A stretch of 64,000 nt of DNA from Kofleriaceae bacterium (GTDB taxonomy: Bacteria > Myxococcota_A > Polyangia > Haliangiales > Haliangiaceae): positions 117,097-181,096 of the forward strand of contig DATBAS010000193.1 of assembly GCA_036271395.1 (NCBI GenBank). Reading direction: 5' to 3'. Shown piece by piece: positions 60,029 to 64,000 of this stretch. Made by a program: the position numbers and the translations under genes. The notes under the pieces are model-generated. The model worked only from the letters and a program-made list of their open reading frames with translations. It ran no database searches and had not been told where the DNA came from. Every line of letters starts with the position of its first letter. Position 1 is the stretch's first letter.

Positions 60029-61798
60029 TTAGTCCGCGGTGAGAGCATCGCGCACGATCGCGACGAGGCCCGGCCGGGTCCGCGGATCGGTCGCGACGGC
60101 GCGCAACAGCTCGCGCTCGGCCGGGCCGCCGTGATTCTCGAGCGCGCCGACGATCGCGCGCCCCCACGCCGGGTCGCCGCCGAGCGTGTCGTCGGCGTGA
60201 TAGAGCAACAAGTGCGCGGACAGCTCGGCGCGTTCGGCGCCGCCGCCGATCGCGGCCATCGCATCGATCACCGGGACGAGATCGGGGATCTGCGTGGTCG
60301 GCGCGTCCAGGTGGCTCTCGAGCGCGGCGAGCGCCGAGGCCACCGCGGCCGGATCCAACTTCGCGCCGCCGAGACCCGCGATCGCCTTCGCGACCGGCCC
60401 GAGCGCGATCGGCTGCGTCTTGGCCAAGTAGTCGTCGTGCGTCGCGAGCTGCGCGGCGAGCACGGCGAGGCTCGCCGGATCTTTGCGCGCGACGAGCAAC
60501 TCGACCACGTCGTCCTTGAGCTTGTCGGGCGCGCGCGGATCGGCGAGCACGTCGAGCAGCTGGCGGGTGACCGCACCGCCCGGCAGCTGCGCGAGCGCCT
60601 GGACCGCGAGCTGCTTGACGCGATCGAAGCGCTCGTCGTGATCGCGCGCGATCGCCACCAGCGCCTCGACGGTCTCGACGGTCTCGCCCGCGTTCGGCGG
60701 CGTCCAGCCATCGGCATCGAACGTCGCGCCGAGCACCGGCTCCGACGTGCCGATCGCGCGATCGAGCCGCAGCGCGCCGGTCTTTGGATCGAGCGCGACG
60801 ATGTCGCCGGTCTGCGAGATCGCGACGATCGCCGCGCCGGTATCGGCGCTCGCGACCAGCTCGGTGCGCGGATGCGAGTACGCCCACACGAGCGTGCCGT
60901 GCGGATCGAAGCCGAACACGAAGCGAAAATACGCGACGGCGTAAGGCGCGTGCGCGAGCGAGCCGCTCCACAAGATCCGCGCGCGATCGTTCGCCGAGTA
61001 GCCGCTCTGCACGGCGTCGTATGCATCGGGGCCGTACTGCGTGGGCTCGAGCTGCGGCGGCACGGCGACGCTCGCGTAGCTGCCGTCCTTGCGCGTGCCG
61101 GTCGCGGCGCTCGCGTCGAGCACGAACACGCCCTGCTTCGAGCCGAAGTACGCTTCGGTGCTGGTCGCGCGCAGCATCGAGATCTGCTCGTCGATGCCGC
61201 GCACGCGCGCGAGCTGATCGCCGCTCGCACCGTCGATGATCGACAGCCACTGCGACGCATACGGCACGTAGACCACGCCGCCCTGCGCGGCGGGCGCGCC
61301 GAGCACACCGTCGGCGCGCGCGTGCCACAGCAGTTTGCCGCTCGCGCCGTCGTACGCGGCGATCGCGCCGTTGCCGTGCTCGCTCCACACGAGGTATGCG
61401 CGGTCGCGATCGGTCGCGAGCCCGACGAAGTCGCGCGAGGGATCGAGATCGACATGCCATGTTTGCGCGCCGGTCGCCTGATCGCGCGCGACCAGCTGCT
61501 TGCCTTCGAGCTCGGCGACGAACGAGCCGCCGATGCAGATCCGCGACGCGACATCGGCGGGCTGCCGCCACATCAGCGTTCCGGCCGCGAGGTCGTACGC
61601 GACGATCTGCTTGCGCGGGCCGCCGAGCACGGCGAACACGCGCGGCACGCGCGCGGCGTTGATCGGCGACGGTTGCGCGGGCAGCTGGCGGTGCGCGAGC
61701 GCGGTCGTCAGCTCGCCGCGGTTGTTGTCGACCGACGTCAGCTGGAACAGCGAGCCGCCGCAGCCGGCGACGAATGCGATTAGCGCGAGCGCTCTCAT
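60029..61798 (-). CDS. Lipoprotein with PQQ/BamB-like beta-propeller and C-terminal HEAT repeats
   Basis: Lipobox FVAGC|GG. Repeated A.D...G...W motifs (AYDLAAGTLMWR, ARDQATGAQTWH, AYDGASGKLLWH). C-terminal HEAT-like helices. Confidence 0.75.
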   Translation of the reverse strand: MRALALIAFVAGCGGSLFQLTSVDNNRGELTTALAHRQLPAQPSPINAARVPRVFAVLGGPRKQIVAYDLAAGTLMWRQPADVASRICIGGSFVAELEGKQLVARDQATGAQTWHVDLDPSRDFVGLATDRDRAYLVWSEHGNGAIAAYDGASGKLLWHARADGVLGAPAAQGGVVYVPYASQWLSIIDGASGDQLARVRGIDEQISMLRATSTEAYFGSKQGVFVLDASAATGTRKDGSYASVAVPPQLEPTQYGPDAYDAVQSGYSANDRARILWSGSLAHAPYAVAYFRFVFGFDPHGTLVWAYSHPRTELVASADTGAAIVAISQTGDIVALDPKTGALRLDRAIGTSEPVLGATFDADGWTPPNAGETVETVEALVAIARDHDERFDRVKQLAVQALAQLPGGAVTRQLLDVLADPRAPDKLKDDVVELLVARKDPASLAVLAAQLATHDDYLAKTQPIALGPVAKAIAGLGGAKLDPAAVASALAALESHLDAPTTQIPDLVPVIDAMAAIGGGAERAELSAHLLLYHADDTLGGDPAWGRAIVGALENHGGPAERELLRAVATDPRTRPGLVAIVRDALTAD

Positions 61799-62580
61799 TT
61801 GCCAGCTCCGCGCGCTTCGACGATCTTCATCGCTTCGGCCCGCGACGCCCGCGGCGGATTCGCCGGCGTCGCGTTGACGTAGTCGGTGAGCGCGGCAGTC
61901 GCCGACGCGTCACTGATCTTCGCCAGCGCGCGGACGACCTCGACGCGCTCCGTGTCGGGCCCGAAGTCGGCGCGCTGCAAGATCAACCCGAGGCAGCTCG
62001 CGAGCGCCGGATCCGGCACTTTGCCGAGCTGATCGCCGATGCGCCGCACGAGCTCGGCGTCGGCCATCGCGGCGAGCGCCTTTGCGGCCTCATCTTCGCC
62101 GAGCCCGAGTAGCGCGAACAGCGGCTCGATCGCGGCTTTGACGTGGCCCTTCACCGCCGCCTGCGCCGCGGCCGCGCGCACCGTCGCGTTGGGATCGCGA
62201 AGCGCTTGCGCGATCGCGTTGCGCGCGATCGGGTCGGGATAGAGCGCGAGTGCACCGAGGGCCGCGCTGCGAACGGCCACATCGTGATGACCGGCATAGC
62301 GGCGCAACAGCGCCAGATCGGGCGGCGCCGGATGTTTCGCGAGCGCGGCGATCGCCGCGGTGGCAACGCCCGGCTCCAGCCCCCACGCGAGCGCGTCGAG
62401 CAGAGCCTCGTGTGCGGCCGGCTCGGTGCGATCGCCGAGCGCCGTGGCCGAGCGCGCCGCCGCGTCCTCGTCGACACCGTCGAGCGCGGTGACGATCTCG
62501 CCGAGCGCGGTCGGCTTCGGCGCCGCGGCGGCCGGCGATAGCAGCGCGCACGCGAGGCAGATCGCCAGCCGGTTCCTCAT
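61795..62580 (-). CDS. Secreted HEAT-repeat protein
   Basis: ATG at 62580, signal peptide MRNRLAICLACALLSPAAA. D..VR.AA..AL HEAT units. Its stop overlaps the next gene start (ATGA). Confidence 0.7.
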   Translation of the reverse strand: MRNRLAICLACALLSPAAAAPKPTALGEIVTALDGVDEDAAARSATALGDRTEPAAHEALLDALAWGLEPGVATAAIAALAKHPAPPDLALLRRYAGHHDVAVRSAALGALALYPDPIARNAIAQALRDPNATVRAAAAQAAVKGHVKAAIEPLFALLGLGEDEAAKALAAMADAELVRRIGDQLGKVPDPALASCLGLILQRADFGPDTERVEVVRALAKISDASATAALTDYVNATPANPPRASRAEAMKIVEARGAGK

Positions 62581-62645
62581 CGATTCGTCGTACCCAATGC
62601 GCACGCCGGATTCAACTCCGGGGCCACGTACGTTACAACCGCGGC

Positions 62646-63458
62646 GTGGATCCCGCCGTCTTGCCGATCCTGCAGTGCCCGCGCTGCCGGACGCGTGCGC
62701 CGTTCCCCGACCTGCGTTTTCCGCACTGCAGCTCGTGCGGGCTCGAGCCGGCGACCGCCGTGCCCGGCGTGCTCGATCTGATCGACGCGTCGCACGTCGG
62801 CGATCCGATCGCACTGAACTCCGAGCAGCGGCTGATGGAGAGCGAGCTCGTCGCGCGCGTCTACGACCGCGTCTGGCGACCGACCTTCGTGCGGATGCTC
62901 GCCGGTCGCGGTGCCGGCGCGGCGGTCGGCGGCGTCGCCGGCGAGCTGTACATTCACAAGACCAGCCTCGGGCTCGACGAGCGGCCCGGGCCGTGGCTCG
63001 ACTTGTCGTGCGGCTCGGGCGCGTTCGTGCGCGCGCTCGCCGCCGCCGCGCCGGGCGCGCTCGTCGTCGGGCTCGACATCTCGCGCCCGATGCTCGCCGT
63101 CGCCGCCGAGCGGACCGCCGGATACACCAATGCGGTGCTCGTCCGCGGCGACGCGCATGCCCTGCCCTTCGTCGACGGCGCGTTCGGTGGCGTCAACAAC
63201 GCCGGCGCGCTCCACGCATACGATGATCCCGAGCTCGTGTTTCGCGAGATCCGGCGGGTGCTGCGGCCCGGCGGCGTCTACGTCGGATCGACGTTCGCAG
63301 AGGCGCCGTCGATCATCGGCCGGCTCGCGTCGCGTGCCGCCGGCATCCGGCGGTTCGAGCCCGGCGAGCTGCGGGCGTGGCTGCAGCGGATCGGGTTCGC
63401 CGACTACGAAGATGTGCGGCTCGGCGGCGCGTTCGTGTTCAAAGCCCGCCGCCCATAG
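62646..63458 (+). CDS. Class I SAM-dependent methyltransferase with N-terminal Trm112-like zinc ribbon
   Basis: LQCPRC...CSSCG, then LDLSCGSGAF (motif I), GLDISRPML, GDAHALPF, LRPGGVY. Confidence 0.85.
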   Translation: MDPAVLPILQCPRCRTRAPFPDLRFPHCSSCGLEPATAVPGVLDLIDASHVGDPIALNSEQRLMESELVARVYDRVWRPTFVRMLAGRGAGAAVGGVAGELYIHKTSLGLDERPGPWLDLSCGSGAFVRALAAAAPGALVVGLDISRPMLAVAAERTAGYTNAVLVRGDAHALPFVDGAFGGVNNAGALHAYDDPELVFREIRRVLRPGGVYVGSTFAEAPSIIGRLASRAAGIRRFEPGELRAWLQRIGFADYEDVRLGGAFVFKARRP

Positions 63459-63656
63459 GGGACGGTGTCCACTAAGACAACTTGTCCGCGTCAACCCCAC
63501 GGATTCATTGGAGCGCCAGATCCGGAGGTCAACTTGCGGTTTCGTGCTCCGTCCTCGCCGAGATGCAGGCGAGATCTACAAGGTGACGTCCGGATTTCGC
63601 GCGCAAGTAATTGCGGCGAGTTGCGCGGCGCAAGTTGTCTTAGTGGACACCGTCCC
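63459..63656. mobile_element. 198-bp element bounded by perfect 26-bp terminal inverted repeats (MITE-like or structured RNA)
   Basis: GGGACGGTGTCCACTAAGACAACTTG at 63459-63484. Its exact reverse complement lies at 63631-63656. The interior is less GC-rich and has CAACTTGCG/CGCAAGTTG-type sub-repeats. No credible ORF inside. Confidence 0.5.
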
Positions 63657-63659
63657 TCG

Positions 63660-64000
63660 CTAGAAGCGGGCGCCGAAGACGTTGAGCGCGGCACCGTGAT
63701 CGGTGGAGAGCTGCGGCGATAGCGGCAGGATCGCGAGCCCGCCGAGCCGAACGTGGCCGTCGGAGCTGCGGCCGACGATCGCGGGGGGCGCATCGTCGGC
63801 ATCGGGCTTCGCGGCGCGATCGGGGACGTCGAGCCCTTCGTCGACATGACGGGTGAGATAAAACCCGAGCCACAAACCACCGACGAGCCCGAGCGTCGAC
63901 AGGGCACCGGTCACGCGCTGATCGGCGCTCGAGTGCCGATCGGCGGCGAGGATCAAGAATGGCCACGCTCCGCCTGCGGCCGCGAGCCCGGCGACGCGCA
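63660..64000 (-). CDS. Hypothetical protein, C-terminal fragment (frame open to the window edge); ends ...NVFGARF
   Basis: The frame has no stop between 63663 and 64000. The C-terminal aromatic residue resembles outer-membrane beta-barrel termini. Weak call. Confidence 0.4.
   Translation of the reverse strand, partial: RVAGLAAAGGAWPFLILAADRHSSADQRVTGALSTLGLVGGLWLGFYLTRHVDEGLDVPDRAAKPDADDAPPAIVGRSSDGHVRLGGLAILPLSPQLSTDHGAALNVFGARF

Noticed and set aside
63459-63656. The 26-bp inverted repeats as a simple bidirectional intrinsic terminator; also track ORF 63465-63722 as a gene.
   Set aside because: A 146-nt loop and the absence of flanking T-runs do not fit an intrinsic terminator. The ORF crosses the repeat, is compositionally atypical and overlaps the convergent gene.

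Overview
Very GC-rich chromosomal segment, with GC-dominated third codon positions. By inference it comes from a Myxococcota (Polyangia/Sorangiineae-like) genome: it has many lipobox lipoproteins, a Pkn-type Ser/Thr kinase, PrkA, a TIGR02996 protein, CarboxypepD_reg repeats and AgmX/TonB_C-like lipoproteins. I support about 55 protein-coding genes. I saw no rRNA, tRNA or CRISPR array. Housekeeping content: purN (5' partial), pyrC-carA, hisS, a thiolase/3-hydroxyacyl-CoA dehydrogenase/crotonase/acyl-CoA dehydrogenase/MeaB operon, a NifS-like cysteine desulfurase, an MFS transporter and MgtC. The accessory part is about 2.0-24.2 kb and holds two things worth a second look. (1) A six-gene divergent locus is centred on a 3,340-aa mosaic protein (7754-17776, minus strand). 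That protein has an internal DUF4157-type HExxH module, two glycine-zipper hydrophobic modules and a Rossmann-like C-terminal tip. It is followed by a stop/start-overlapping TIGR02996/LRR protein. Its neighbours are two all-alpha proteins, a two-domain AAA+ ATPase and a HEAT-like protein. No contractile-tail, T6SS, Rhs or CDI genes are visible in the window. (2) A five-gene minus-strand cassette (2051-5652) is headed by two small genes with paralogous double-glycine-type leaders. One leader is fused to a minimal LAS/M15 (SxHxxGxAxD ... HxH) peptidoglycan-peptidase-like domain, and no C39/ABC exporter lies nearby. Non-coding structure includes a 24-nt palindromic element present three times, a 198-bp element with perfect 26-bp terminal inverted repeats that exactly fills a convergent intergenic gap, and one plausible intrinsic terminator. 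All domain calls rest on motifs read by eye and need HMM or structure confirmation. Many long Arg/Ala-rich ORFs in the track are high-GC shadow frames and are not reported.
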